The notes under the pieces were generated by a model. It searched no databases. It was not told where the DNA came from and saw nothing but the letters and a program-made list of their open reading frames with translations. Below are positions 27,452-40,615 of a stretch of 64,000 nt of DNA, piece after piece. Numbering within the stretch: the stretch's first letter is position 1; each line of letters begins with the position of its first letter. The position numbers and the translations under genes were made by a program. This stretch comes from Tubiluchus corallicola (taxonomy: Eukaryota; Animalia; Priapulida): the NCBI GenBank assembly GCA_030141605.1, contig JAQGDQ010000161.1:248001-312000 (forward strand). Reading direction: 5' to 3'.

Positions 27452-28128
27452 AGGTCAAAGAATTGCAACTTGCAAAGTTTGTTGCACTTAGGTCAAAGAA
27501 TTGCAACTTGCAAGTTTGCTGCACTTAGGTCAAAGAACTGTAACTTGCAAGTTTGCTGCACTTAGGTCAAAGAACTGTAACTTGCAAAGTTTGCTGCACT
27601 TAGGTCAAAGAACTGTAACTTGCAAAGTTTGCTGCACTTAGGTCAAAGAACTGTAACTTGCAAAGTTTGCTGCACTTAGGTCAAAGAATTGCAACTTGCA
27701 AGTTTGCTGCACTTAGGTCAAAGAACTGTAACTTGCAAGTTCGCTGCACTTAGGTCAAAGAACTGTAACTTGCAAAGTTTGCTGCACTTAGGTCAAAGAA
27801 CTGTAACTTGCAAAGTTTGCTGCACTTAGGTCAAAGAACTGTAACTTGCAAAGTTTGCTGCACTTAGGTCAAAGAACTGTAACTTGCAAGTTTGCTGCAC
27901 TTAGGTCAAAGAACTGTAACTTGCAAAGTTTGCTGCACTTAGGTCAAAGAACTGTAACTTGCAAAGTTTGCTGCACTTAGGTCAAAGAACTGTAACTTGC
28001 AAGTTTGCTGCACTTAGGTCAAAGAACTGTAACTTGCAAAGTTTGCTGCACTTAGGTCAAAGAATTGCAACTTGCAAGTTTGCTGCACTTAGGTCAAAGA
28101 ACTGTAACTTGCAAAGTTTGCTGCACTT
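27452..28128. repeat. Minisatellite, 18 tandem copies of a 37/38-bp unit
   Basis: Unit AGGTCAAAGAACTGTAACTTGCA(A)AGTTTGCTGCACTT; 18 unit starts counted from 27452 to 28091; no spacers. Confidence 0.97.
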
Positions 28129-29096
28129 CACAATTTATGTTTTACTCGACATAGAAATGTTTTGAATAGCATTATGCAAAGCTTTAAAATCGAAAGCTCA
28201 GCTGCTTTGTCTGAATTATCACATTTAATAGTTAGTCATCTCATTCGTTAAAAAGCAGCTTCTTTGGTACATAAAAATTTTGTATTTTGTAACAAATATT
28301 TAATAATAATACTATATTAATACTAACAGATATTAATGTAAAACGTCCGATAGAAAATGAATTTTATAAGGTGGCTAAATACCAGAAACTTGCTACTAAA
28401 TATTGAAACCTGTATATTATAATCATGGTGCTGATACTGAGTGAACTCGAAAGGTGAATTTACAAGAAGACTTACCAGGAATCTACCTTGTGTTCTATAT
28501 GCAGGTTGACAAGAACGGAACAGCTGTGGGATAATAAAAACACCCATCCGCCTACCCACTAAACTGACAAATTCATTCCGTATCAGTGGTTTTATACTTG
28601 GTATGCAATGCAATGGCTTCGTAACACATGCGTTCTAATGCATTACCATCACATGCGGTAGGAGCGAAAATAAATGGTATTAGTTTCGGCATCATAACAC
28701 TGCCCTCCCCCAGAGAAAATGGTTCATCCTCAAGCTAGAATGGAGCACACAAAAAAGAAAATAAATTTTAATGAAAATTTAAAATGTTACAACTAAATGT
28801 GTATAAGCTTGAAGCTACCCCTTAAATGCATGTTTGTCAAACTAAATGGTATCAGAATCTATCGAATACATGCTGTTACCATGTTCTTCAACCAAGTACG
28901 CGGGTTTATCAAATAAGTATTGAGCTACTTAAGGTGTTATCCCTGGACTATGTCCTAAATGAAATTATTAGTATAATTATGATTATTATCCTTGGTAGGT
29001 TCAATTTCTTCTACAACCACTAACATTTGTAGATTTTGCACAAATTGTGATAGTGGTTGGTAATGAACAACAGTACATAAAAAATCAAAACAATTA

Positions 29097-29524
29097 CCGT
29101 ATATACTCGCATATAAGCCGAATTTAGAACTATAAAATACAATACTGAAATCAGGGGGTCGGCTTATATGCGCATGAAACAAAATGAACACAAGGACAGA
29201 CACTAATGCCAATTTTCCAGCCACACATTTTCATCGCTATCTGACTCTTTATTTGGTTGTGTGTCACCCAATGTATAATTTCTTCTAGTATGTAACATAA
29301 AAGTAAGCATTTTACATCTTTACAGTAAAAAATTTCTATGAACCAAAAATACCCAATTAACAAAATGTGACAAAAAGGGATCAATTTTGTTGATTGGGTA
29401 TGGAGTAAAATTAGACAAGTTGATGGTCGGCTTATATATGGGTTTTTGCAAAAACTGGCCATTTTAAAGCAGTTTTAGGGGGTCGGCTTATATGCGATGT
29501 AGGCTTATATGCGAGTATATACGG
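29097..29524. mobile_element. Tc1/mariner-type MITE
   Basis: Perfect 23-bp TIR CCGTATATACTCGCATATAAGCC / GGCTTATATGCGAGTATATACGG, TA on both sides, internal GTCGGCTTATATG repeats. Confidence 0.9.
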
Positions 29525-30450
29525 TAATAAATTGTAAAGACCCACATCAGCAGTGCAAAGTGCAGCAGTGAACTTCATGTGTAATGATGTTAACGACTTG
29601 GCAGTATGATAGAGGTTAAACAACCAATGTCAAATAATCTTACTTAATTGATACTATATGTTCTCAGATTCTGAAAAGAAATTTTGCACGATTATCAGTT
29701 AACGTAGATATGAATGAAGAAGAGGAACACGATGACAAAAACAAAAATTTTAAAAGCCGCAATAACTTTTTTAAAGTGTCACTGCATGCCACATTAGTGT
29801 GAAAACACTGGTTCATTATTATTCTCAAAAATAAAAGTATGTCTATATGCTGAGGGTGCAAAATGCAGAATTTCTATTGGCAAACATAGCAGCAAATATT
29901 ATACAATATAGCTTCGGTCATTTTATAGCAATTTTAAAATTTTCAACGTCACATTAACAATTTTGAAATGTTAACTTTCAATCATTATTATGCCTGAAAT
30001 TAGTATTTCAATGGGGCAATACACAGCACAGCTAAAATTTATACAATGTTGTTAAAGACAAAAATTCTAATCTAAACTTAGCGAATCACATTATATTACT
30101 GTCAGTTATTTGATTTATCGAAAAACTAAATTTCTGCAACAATAATTGTAAGTACATATTTGTTGTTGACATGGTAATTCTCAATAACATCTTTTCATGT
30201 AAGGATTTAAAAATGTCTGTTTATATAATGAAGAATTTCAACTACTTTACAGAATTTTGCTCTCTGGTATCATGCATTTTTTATCACTAGCACTTTTTTG
30301 TATCATGACTATTTATCACTGCAGCTCACTTGTAGAATAACAAGTTACTTAACTGTTTCAGTCGAATTTTACTAACATTAATAAAAGACTTGTGAAGTTT
30401 TTCTAATTTACAATCTATTACAACATCATTTGCTGGATACTAGACTGATG

Positions 30451-33400
30451 TCACCTAACATTAGCTGCGTCTGCTGCAGGTTCTGGAATTTGAACATCTA
30501 ACTGCTTTTCTTTAATTGTCCATCTCATCCATGCCACCTAGTAAGAAAAAACACAAACTATAACAACCATCAGAAAACAGCAAATGTAGAAATTAGTGTC
30601 GATGATGCTTATATCTGTTTTTTAATGATTTTATAACCAAAAAATTTGATCAAAATTTTTCAAAATTTTTGGAACTATTACTTTTCAATGCTACTCATTA
30701 GCAAAAACATTATTTTAAACAATAACTGCATCAACATCATTATTATCTACGTCCTAGTAATCATAATCATGCATTTATATGTTAATAATAATGCCAATGA
30801 TAAAAAAATATAACTGTAAATAGTACTGTTAATAATATGTAACACAGCGACATCTGTGACAAGAAAAAAGATAATTTGAGGTGGTAACCGTTATAATGAA
30901 AGGAGCCATTGAAGGTTGGTTCAGTACATCATGCATATTCAGGAATCTAGTTCTTACCATGCAGTGACACACATCAAGGTGATATTCAGTGGTGGCTCGT
31001 AGCAAAAATTAGTGGGAGTGCTGCTTCAGAAAATTTTTAGCTATTGTCTTAATACTGTGTAAAACATAACAAATGTGTAATTTTAACATTGTAGTTATAT
31101 TTGAAGATCAGGTGTTGAACGGCCTCTTTTCTTAAGTGCAACTTTCTCATGGAGAGATAACTGTGAAAAATTAAGCTGCTGTCGTTGACTTACAGTCACA
31201 GAACTTATTTCTTGGGGATGCAAGGCGTCCATTATTAAATGATTTATGTTTTAAGCACACACGTTAAGTTTACACTTTATCACATCCAAGAATATGATGG
31301 TACATGGTAAGCACGTGGCAAATGTTAGTGTGTAGGAGAGTACTTTTCTACCTAGCAGCAGACGCTAACATACAGCGTGTTATCTCAGACATGTGTGCAT
31401 GGCCGCATGCGAACAACAGCCAAACACCATGTTGCTTGGGCTGTGAAGCAAATTTTTCTTCCCTCGCGTGCTCTGAACGTCTGGTTCTGCACAATTATTA
31501 AAAAAGAGTTAAGTAAAAAAGACATTGTATAGAATATTATCAATAAAAATGAATGAAAACAGGGGGTGCTGCAATACCACAGTACCTATACATGAGCCAC
31601 CACTGGTGATGCTGTACATGTGAATCATGATTTACTAATTTATCTTCTAGGTTACTGTTGTACGCACTGTCATGACTATTGATTACGTTAACTCACTAGT
31701 TGCAGGTTTTCAATTTTACAGAAATATATTTAGCTGTCCTCACAAATGTTACTTACAAATGTCACAATTTCTCGAAACAAATTATCTTCATTTGTAAACA
31801 ACTGATTATTTTCATCATAGTCTGGTTGTTTCTGTTTAGTAGGTACAAAGGACATTCAGTAAATGTAACCAGTTATTACAGTGAGGTTTCACACTAACTT
31901 GCATTTTGCTTTTGATTATGTTATGCCTATTTTTATTGTTAGTTTTATTGATTTTTAATTGGAATAATATTTAATCAGCTTTGAAAATATTATTCACATT
32001 TCATCGATTTCACTGCTATGCACTTTCAATGCAATTTCATTATGAATGAGTGAAAATAGATTTAATGAAAACAGTACCTTCATCCTATCCCAACAGTTCT
32101 CCCAGTTATCCATAGCTGGTCTAACATCTAACAAGCAAAATCTTCCTGTTACTGGATCAACGTCGCCACCATCATAATAATCAATGACATATCGAACCTC
32201 TTTACCGCATCGGTCAACTATCCAGTCATGTCTGTCAAATGGCAGTTCATACCTTTGCGCAAAATAAGCAATATTACTTAACATCAAAAGGTTAAGTTGA
32301 TATTATTTTAGAAAAATGTACTAATGGTCTTCCGGCTGAAAAATTGAAAAATAAGTATGAAATAATTCAGACGCATAGAAAAAAATGCTATCCCATAATA
32401 TCTCCAGTGCTTGCCAATAAACCAAAGAGGTAAAGAAATATTACTAAGATTTTCAAGACGAGTAACTGTAAATTTAGAAAGAGAAAACACTACAAAATCT
32501 AATGCTTCATCTAGAATGAAGGAAAACAAAAATTAAAATTCTAAAACAAGGGCTAATGTACATGACTTAACTAGACAAAAGGAAGAAGGATGTTTTATTT
32601 TTCCACCCAAACTTTATTACTTTTTTAACTGTGATTACAAAGAATTTGCACTTATGTAAAGCCAGTTTTATGCATTCTAACCATGCCAAGCTGTGGTGAG
32701 GTTGTGGCTGAGTAGATGTGGGTCGTGAAGACTCACTTTTGGCGGTAACATCTATAAATCTTGGCTGTTTACCTCGTACAGGGAGAATGTACGAACATCC
32801 GAATGTGGCTGAGATACCTCTTCTGGTTCAATGGCTCATCTTAGAGCGATATCCTTGATAATGGCTCAGGCTCTGGTTACAGATGTTTCTGAATGGGCCA
32901 TGCCTTCGAGTGCTTTCCAGTATGCCATATGAAGTGTAAAAACTGCTTCTACGTAGCGTGTTCTTCGCTCTGCCTCACGACCAGTTCTATATTATACATA
33001 TACTACTGCAGTAAGGAAGCAAGACTGGTATCTAATTACATAACTCTGCTTAAACTTACCCAAGCCAATGTCGTAGTCGAGCTCTAGGTGAATATTCTTT
33101 TGCCTTTCCACCAAAACGGACCAACTGTGGGTTTCCACACTCTCTAGTATCAAATAAAAATAATAAACATTGATTTAAAATACTCACGTGTATAAAAGTT
33201 AAAATATGTATCATGGAACTTTTGTCATTTTTTGATTACTTGCTTGCGATGTAACTTTATAAACAGATTACTTTCACCATGAAGCCAGTCTTCTCATTGT
33301 TGTCCATGTAATACATAGTGAGCCAGTTTCTATATAGTGATGTCACAACAGAGTTATTCCGTAACCGAAATTTTTATAATAAAGCAGAGTCCATAGCAAT

Positions 33401-36400
33401 GCAAAATAATGTTATAAATTACATATTCGCAAAATAAATTCCATGGCAACAATAAATGGCATTCTAAATGATATATCCAGGCAGAAGAAAACCTTAGTAA
33501 GCGACTAACCCAATGCCTTGCATTCCGAATGAGCGTATTAGAAAATAACAATGTTTCACAACGTTTCACAATTTTTCATATCATTTAAACACTGCTATTT
33601 TTAATAAAAATGATAAAAAAATCCTTTGTTATTGTGGAATAATTAACAATACAATGCCGTTCTTGCTATATCAAAAGTTCTATGTTATCATAAAAGTCCT
33701 GGAACAAATATCAATAAATCGATCATGTGGATTAACATTTTGCAGTCTAAATAAATATGTTTAAAAATGTTCAAGAGTAGTCAGAAACTTATTTTCAGAT
33801 TATTTATCAAAACAAAAGCACTGTCAGGCTGATAACACACAAACACAAAGACTATTACATCAGTTAAACCTAGCAAAACTTAAACCATAAGCAGGCCAAA
33901 AACAATGATAAATATTTTTCTCCCATGGCACGCAAAACAGGTCTAGCTGTTCACTATGAACAGTAAATTTGTCATATTCTCCATATTTGGACTGACTGAA
34001 TTTATCTGCGTTAATTTTCTCTAGTTGCAGTAGGTAAAACCACACAAATTTCATTATATTATAACATAATAAAAAATTTGTATTATAATATAATGAAAAT
34101 AAATTGCTTATTTACTTACAATATGAGCGTGTCAACAAGCAAACCCAAAATAGTAAAATTGCTAAACTATGTTCCTGTACATTCCTACAGTTAATCCACA
34201 TACTTTGCATGTAAGGCTTCCCACTTCAAAACCTCCTGCCAAGCTGTTTCATTATTTACATTATGTATGCGTATAATGTGTGCCATGTCATTCTGTTTGA
34301 TATCTTCTTCTGTCCACCTCCATCCTGAAAAAAACTTTCATTATCTTAGTAAATCCGTGCACTGACGTTAGTTTTACTGTTAAAGGTAAAAAATAATACT
34401 TATAAACAGTATATATGAAAGGTTGTTAATCAAAGTTTCTTTTTTGGTCTTTCTTTGGTGAAGTATGGTGTTATACTATTACGCATTTTTCAAGTAAGCA
34501 AATATTTTTGAAAATGGCACCTAGACACCAATTTCAGATAAGCGATTTCTCACTAAAGCACAAGGTTTCGGGTTCGAATTCTGGGTGACTCAGAAAATGG
34601 TCAACTGGTCAACCAACCAGGCTCAATCTTGTTTGCTCCCCATTCACACAGTGACTAACTGTCCCTTGTCCATGTAAAAAATATGAATTAAATACATAGG
34701 GTGCACAAGAATTAAAAGAAAAGTCTTGACTCATCTAACTAAGTTACAGACACGGTAAATGACCAACCTTTTCTGAGCATTGCATTCCAGAACATTTGTT
34801 GAGACGGATATACCCAATTATTATCACCTCCTTTTCTTGGTATTGAAGAAACTTGACGATCAGTTGAAAGTGGGAATGGCTGGTCTTTTGCAGGCCTTTG
34901 ATTTGGCAGAGGCATCTATGCAAAAATTAGTAAAAAGTGTTGGTTCGAAAAAATATGTTAAAAACTACTTTTGCACACTGGTGTTACTTTCAAGTTTTTA
35001 CGTTTAGCTGGCATAAATCAATATTCAGTAACTGATACAATTGTTTCCAAATTTAATACTTCATAGAACTTTAATTAACTACATGTCAACTCATTGTTAA
35101 GACACATCAAATAATGACATATATAGCAATTTTTGTGGCATTTATCATGTCATATTGTTAAACGAAAAAGGTATCCTTTGTAAAAAAGAAGAAATTTCAT
35201 GTCATTCCATTAAAACATTTAATAATTATTATCCTGTTTAAAAGATTGTATTTCAATGTCTAGAATGTGCTTAAAGGAAAGCCTCTGTGGCAGGATTTCA
35301 CCAAAAACATACGTCCATTCATATCCCAAATAATTATATTCATATCTCAAATTTTCTATCCATTAGACTATTATATCTAACATAAAGAATATGTATATAT
35401 TTCTAAGTAACCTTTTTACCATGTTGCTTGGGTCTAGTTTGTCAAATTCATCCGATCCTTCTGCTTGCCGCATAGGACAGTCACTAGAGAATTTCATCTT
35501 CTGTTCCATTTTCAAAGGACATTCACCCTTGATGGACACTGGAGCCTTTAAATATAATGAGCAGCAACATAACATATGACCCATGAAGATCCTTAGACAA
35601 AGCAACTAAGCAGCAATTACTGACTTAATATATATTTCCAACTACAGTAAGTACTAATGACTCTAATGTGTTCCAGCAGAACGCGACTAAAGCGAAACAC
35701 CCCTAACCGAAGCCAAGACTTTCATAGAAAGTAATGTAAAAGAACTGAGACACATTCCAGAAGCAAAAATCAATGTTGTTTAAATCACATAAATTAAACA
35801 TTTTATGAGTTTTATTTATGTTTCTACTGATTAATTTCATCCTACTTGCTTGAAACCACATATCTTTCTCATCAATACCTAGCTAGCAGTTTCTCTTTCA
35901 TAAATGTTGAAACATAGGCAGCCGTTAAATAATAAGCACTTTATAGTTGAAGCCAGCTCTGGGAGACCTTGAGACAATTTCATCTACCAAGTCTGGTTGC
36001 TATAGCAACAGCTTGTAGGCAAAATTCCTAGACATAAAGTTAGCACCTAAGTGCATAGAAGTCGGAGCTGCAGAAATTGCAAATAGATCTCACATGATGC
36101 AAATATCTAGCAGTCAGCTGGGAAGTAAAAACATAGATAATAATCATAGTGTTTTAATTACTAGTGCATTCTTAGAGCAGAATAATGCAACACGTACTGT
36201 TTTAATGCATCAAATTAGACAAAAATGTTGGTGATAAAATAAAAATTGGCTCTTAGGAAAGTAAAAAAATTGTCATTAAAATGAAAGTGTGTCATTCAAT
36301 GAAAAAGGTGTCAAATGTTAAAATGAGGATTTAATGTATTAACATATTTCACTAATTTCAAGCAAATTCTAGGATTCTGCAAGTTAATTTATTCAATGGT

Positions 36401-37655
36401 AACTGATTTATGTGTTAATCTAGTGGCATTTAGTTTTGGTATGAAACTTTCTCCAGATCAAACTGTCCAAATTACCTTCCACTAATGATAGATGGACTTT
36501 CTTATCTGTAGCAACTCTTTTACATAGATATTAACTTTCTTAATACACTTACATCTGATTATACAATGTCATTACAAGTAAAAAACCCCATACGTTTACA
36601 TCAAAACAATTTTATGGAAACAAATGCTATCATAACACGTTCAGTAACAAATATGTTCAGTACTATCATATACTGTATACATAACACATATGACAACACG
36701 TCATCATTACAGAAGCCTTTAAAATTAGATTTAATTTCAGTCATTCTTAAAATAATTTGCAGATTTCACTAACTTCCTTAAGTTGACATAATTTTTCAAT
36801 AAATTTGGTTTTTACAAATCTCTTACCTTTTAACAATCTTAACTTCGTCACACAACATACTTTTTCATCAACCATTTTTCAATATGAAAAATGAAAAACT
36901 ATTTGTTTTTAACACTGTCAAGTGTTGCAATGTCAGTGTTCATATTTATTTTAAAAATATGTATTAATTCATTACTTTAACACTTTGAAGCCTTTAATTA
37001 TTTGCTGCTTTAAAACCTGCTCTACCAAGTTATCGCCATCTGACTTTTATAAATGATGAAAAAACATAATTTAGTTTACAACCCTAGTTTCCCTTGACCA
37101 TGATTCCGTTTCAATCAACCAGATGTTACAGATATGGAGAATGGAAAAAAATTTTGAACTCAGATATATTAATGAACAGTGAAAAGGAAGGAATGCTAGA
37201 AATCAGAAATCTAGTGAACGAATGTATGGAATACAGGATAAAGACAAATAAAGACATTAAACTTGGAAAAGACAAATAAAAGATCAGCGTTAAAGAAGAA
37301 GAGACTTTGCACCCTATAAAGGTGCCCGCCTCGGATAGGTGGAGAGAGTCGAGTATCGCAATCGCAATCGCAACATGTCCCAAAAAGGAGTTCCAGCTTT
37401 TGGAATATAGCATTTTTCTCAAATCTTCATTATGGATACTTTCTAATTATGCCTGTAACTACGATTATGCAACATTTCCTAGCTATATCTATACTTTTTT
37501 AAAATTTATTCGTTTTTGTGCCCAAAGCTTACCTGATTATTGTGATGGTGCTTTTTCTGCTCCAGGATAAGATTACCATTAATGTCAGTGTATGTTGCTT
37601 TCTGTACAATGTTTGATGCTGCAGAATCAGCCGAAACTGAAACATGTGCACCCAT
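30451..37655 (-). CDS. HCCS: Holocytochrome c-type synthase (cytochrome c heme lyase), 7 coding exons, 287 aa
   Basis: Exons 37655-37533, 35545-35420, 34915-34768, 34324-34204, 33143-33060, 32252-32078, 30537-30451 all have GT-AG boundaries and consistent phases (864 nt including stop). Motifs: MGAHVS start (myristoylation-like), two CP heme-regulatory motifs (ECPLK, DCPMR), [77 protein letters not shown]. Confidence 0.96.
30987..31605. mobile_element. hAT-like MITE in the last HCCS intron
   Basis: Perfect 12-bp TIR CAGTGGTGGCTC/GAGCCACCACTG; 8-bp TSD GTGATATT/GTGATGCT. Confidence 0.85.
37123..37373 (+). mobile_element. Short 3' fragment of the same LINE family, in HCCS intron 1
   Basis: Highly similar to 63126-63362; ends in an (ATCGCA)3 tail. 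Confidence 0.8.
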
Positions 37656-40454
37656 TTTTTAATTGCAGTTGCTATACTTCCTGACGGCTTTTTCAAAGAC
37701 CAGTGTTTGTCAATAATCTAAGCATTTCCATTTTAAGTTAAATTTTACTTTTTAGTCTAGCACGTTTACATCTCTGTCGTTTATACTGGACTTGAAAAGC
37801 GACAAATTAATGAATTATTATGGTTAAAAAAAACTTCGAAAGCCTTTCAACAACGAAATAACAGCGAACTGGTCAACGGTCTACGGCAAAGCCAAGTTAG
37901 CAATGCGATAAATCTTTGGGAAAATTACCAGAGCAATCCGTTTCAAATTGATTCCTATTCTGCTTCAGCGCCACAATGCTCAACTAAATGAATGCAGTTG
38001 CTATCGAAATTTAATGTCAAGTAATGCATGATTTTTGTTTTTGTGTTATAGACAACTACATAGAATTATAGATGAATGTTAATGTTTTTGTTTTTCACTT
38101 CAGCAGTGCTTCCCCAATGCCCACTCTTAATTAGCTGTACTAAGTAATGGAAAGAGCTCAAGTAACTTGAATGCAAGGTGCACTGAATCACTTTTTTCAG
38201 TTGATCACTTGGAAATATTTGACACTAGTTAAAAATTTGAGCTTATAAAATTTTGTCTTCGTAGGACTATGCTAGTATAAGCACCCTATTAATAGTTAGA
38301 TGTACCTGTTGTAAGGTTTACCTAGTCGGTCTTCGCTTACTAGCACATGCAGATCTTTGTCAACTTTCATTATCCCTGAAGCAAGTGTTGGCCTTTGAAA
38401 AATGACTCATTGATGCTAATGTCATTAAATTTGTGCAGATATGATCCAAAACCAAAAGTGATTATAGATACTGTTTGTTTTTACACTTTTTTTCTATTGA
38501 ATAAGAATAGTGGTCACAAAGGCAGTGTAATGATGCACTTGTCGCATCTTTAAATGCTTTAGTTCATTACACTCTAACACACGTTCTGTGTTTTTCTAAG
38601 ATGCTGATCGAAAATTACAGAATGCTTTTTACAACTGCTAACAAATTTTGTGTTTGAAGTACAGTAAATGTTTAGCTTCCAGAAATTCTTTGGGTAACAG
38701 TGAGCGAGCGGGTAACAGATTCAAAGCAAAACTGCTACGCTAGCATATTAGCACATGATAAACATAGCTGCTTACAAACAAAACAGTACTTAACATGATT
38801 GTTTCTGCATACATAGTGTACAAAAGGGAGGTAAAGATGACATAAAAGTAGGGAAGGTTCTTTGGGCACATACAAATATCTTATTTTAAATAGGTGAAGG
38901 ATTGAGTCAATTAAGCGGAGTTATTTGAGTCAATTACTCATAGTTTTTACATATATTTGAATAGAAGCGGCCTGTTCCAGGCATTTTTGAGTCAATTAAG
39001 CGATTGAGTCTATTAACCGTGAGTCTGTTAAGCGGCTCCTACTCCACCATCATCTTAACCATAATCGTCAGCATAACCATTGTCCATTGGCCACGTACAC
39101 TCCAGCAACCTGTCATTGGCTTAGACTTCAACTACAATAGACCTGACCGCCCTTAACCAAGACTTCTTAACCATAGCAATAACAGTAACCAGTCTGCTGC
39201 CAAATAGCTAACTTCTAGTGCAAAATTTGCAAAGGTGCATCCAATGGTGCTTTATCTCCTCCAACAATTTTGTTGTCAAATAGCCAGTGTCTTTCTAAAG
39301 TTGTCAGGTGCTAGGTAAAACATCAGACTAAAGAGGTAGTTTCCAACTCAGCATACTAAAAGTACTTTAAATGGCAATATTAACGAAGTAATAAAATTGA
39401 ACTTCATGGCTAAAATCTTAGGCCAGATATCTCACAGATATTAAGCAGCTTTGCAATTCAAACCATACTGACTATTTAACTTGTGTCCTGCCCAACCTTG
39501 CATAGAGAGAACAAGGTAGCCATTCATTTCAAGTTTAGGTGATGCCAATTGGTCAATTCATATGAAAAAGTCAGCAATATGTATGATATGCTATGTATAC
39601 TATTCTAGTTCTACAGAGAAGAAATGCAGGTATACAGCAAAATATCTTAAATTATGCAAAATTGAATGATAATTTGTCCGGGCTGGACAACAGAAAGGTG
39701 CCAAAATACAGGTGGCGCTATAAATGGTTATTATAATTTATAATATGACTTGGATGAAATGCTAAATTGGCGCAGCAAAAAGGTCAATACTCTTAAACCT
39801 ATTAATATTATTGCTATGAAATTTTTATAGCAAGTATCAACCAATTTTTACATAAAATCCCACAATATTATTCGTAAAAAATTCAAGAACACATTATTTC
39901 TCATCTTCAGATCACTATTATTATATAATTTAAAAAATTCAGGAATTTGAAAGAAAGAGATAATTGACTTGAAAATTATGAAATGATTGGTGGACTTCGA
40001 ACATGACTTTTAGTAAGTGCATTGAGGTTTATAGTAAGCAGGAGCTGCTCGAGCTAATTCAGACTTCTGCTGTTTATGCCTAATGTTCATGCAAAAATAT
40101 CACAAAATTAATTGAATTTTATAAAAATTTATTATGCTTTGAACGGAAGTTAACAGTGTTGGTGTGCTGCTTTTCTTCAGCCAATGCACAACGTTATTGG
40201 TGGAGGAATAACAGGTCAAAATGGGAGCACCCAAGTGTGAAATGATCGCTACTTCAAAGTGATTTTGCTAATTACACACAGCGCTTATTATTACTAAATC
40301 CTGCTAACATTTTTCGAGAATATTGAACTTATTAAAATAAGCCTAACTTCCCAGAAGGATTTGCCTTTCCTTTAAAATAAGTTTTTTTAATATTATACTG
40401 ATCAAGTGAAATGACCAGGCGGAGCAACGAAAACCCCGTGGGAAGCAGATGCAC

Positions 40455-40497
40455 GATTTTCGAAAATGCGCGAAAAGATAGATCTAAAAATGGCGGT
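40455..40497 (+). promoter_or_regulatory. Putative SKP2 core promoter: E2F site, adjacent CHR-like TTCGAA, YY1-like AAAATGGCG
   Basis: GCGCGAAA at 40468-40475 (reverse complement TTTCGCGC), TTCGAA at 40459-40464, AAAATGGCG at 40487-40495, within a locally CpG-rich patch about 150 bp upstream of the ATG. Confidence 0.55.
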
Positions 40498-40615
40498 AAT
40501 TCTTAAACTTAGTTAAAAGACTTAGTTCAAGTTAATGAATTGTGTAAAACAGTGCTTTGCATGAAACTTCCCTTATATTTTGCCAAACTTTTGTTGAATA
40601 TTGTGGGCTGGCCAG

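Noticed and set aside
27452-28128. 37/38-bp repeat array as a CRISPR array
   Set aside because: Units are head-to-tail with no unique spacers, there are no cas genes, and the context is eukaryotic.
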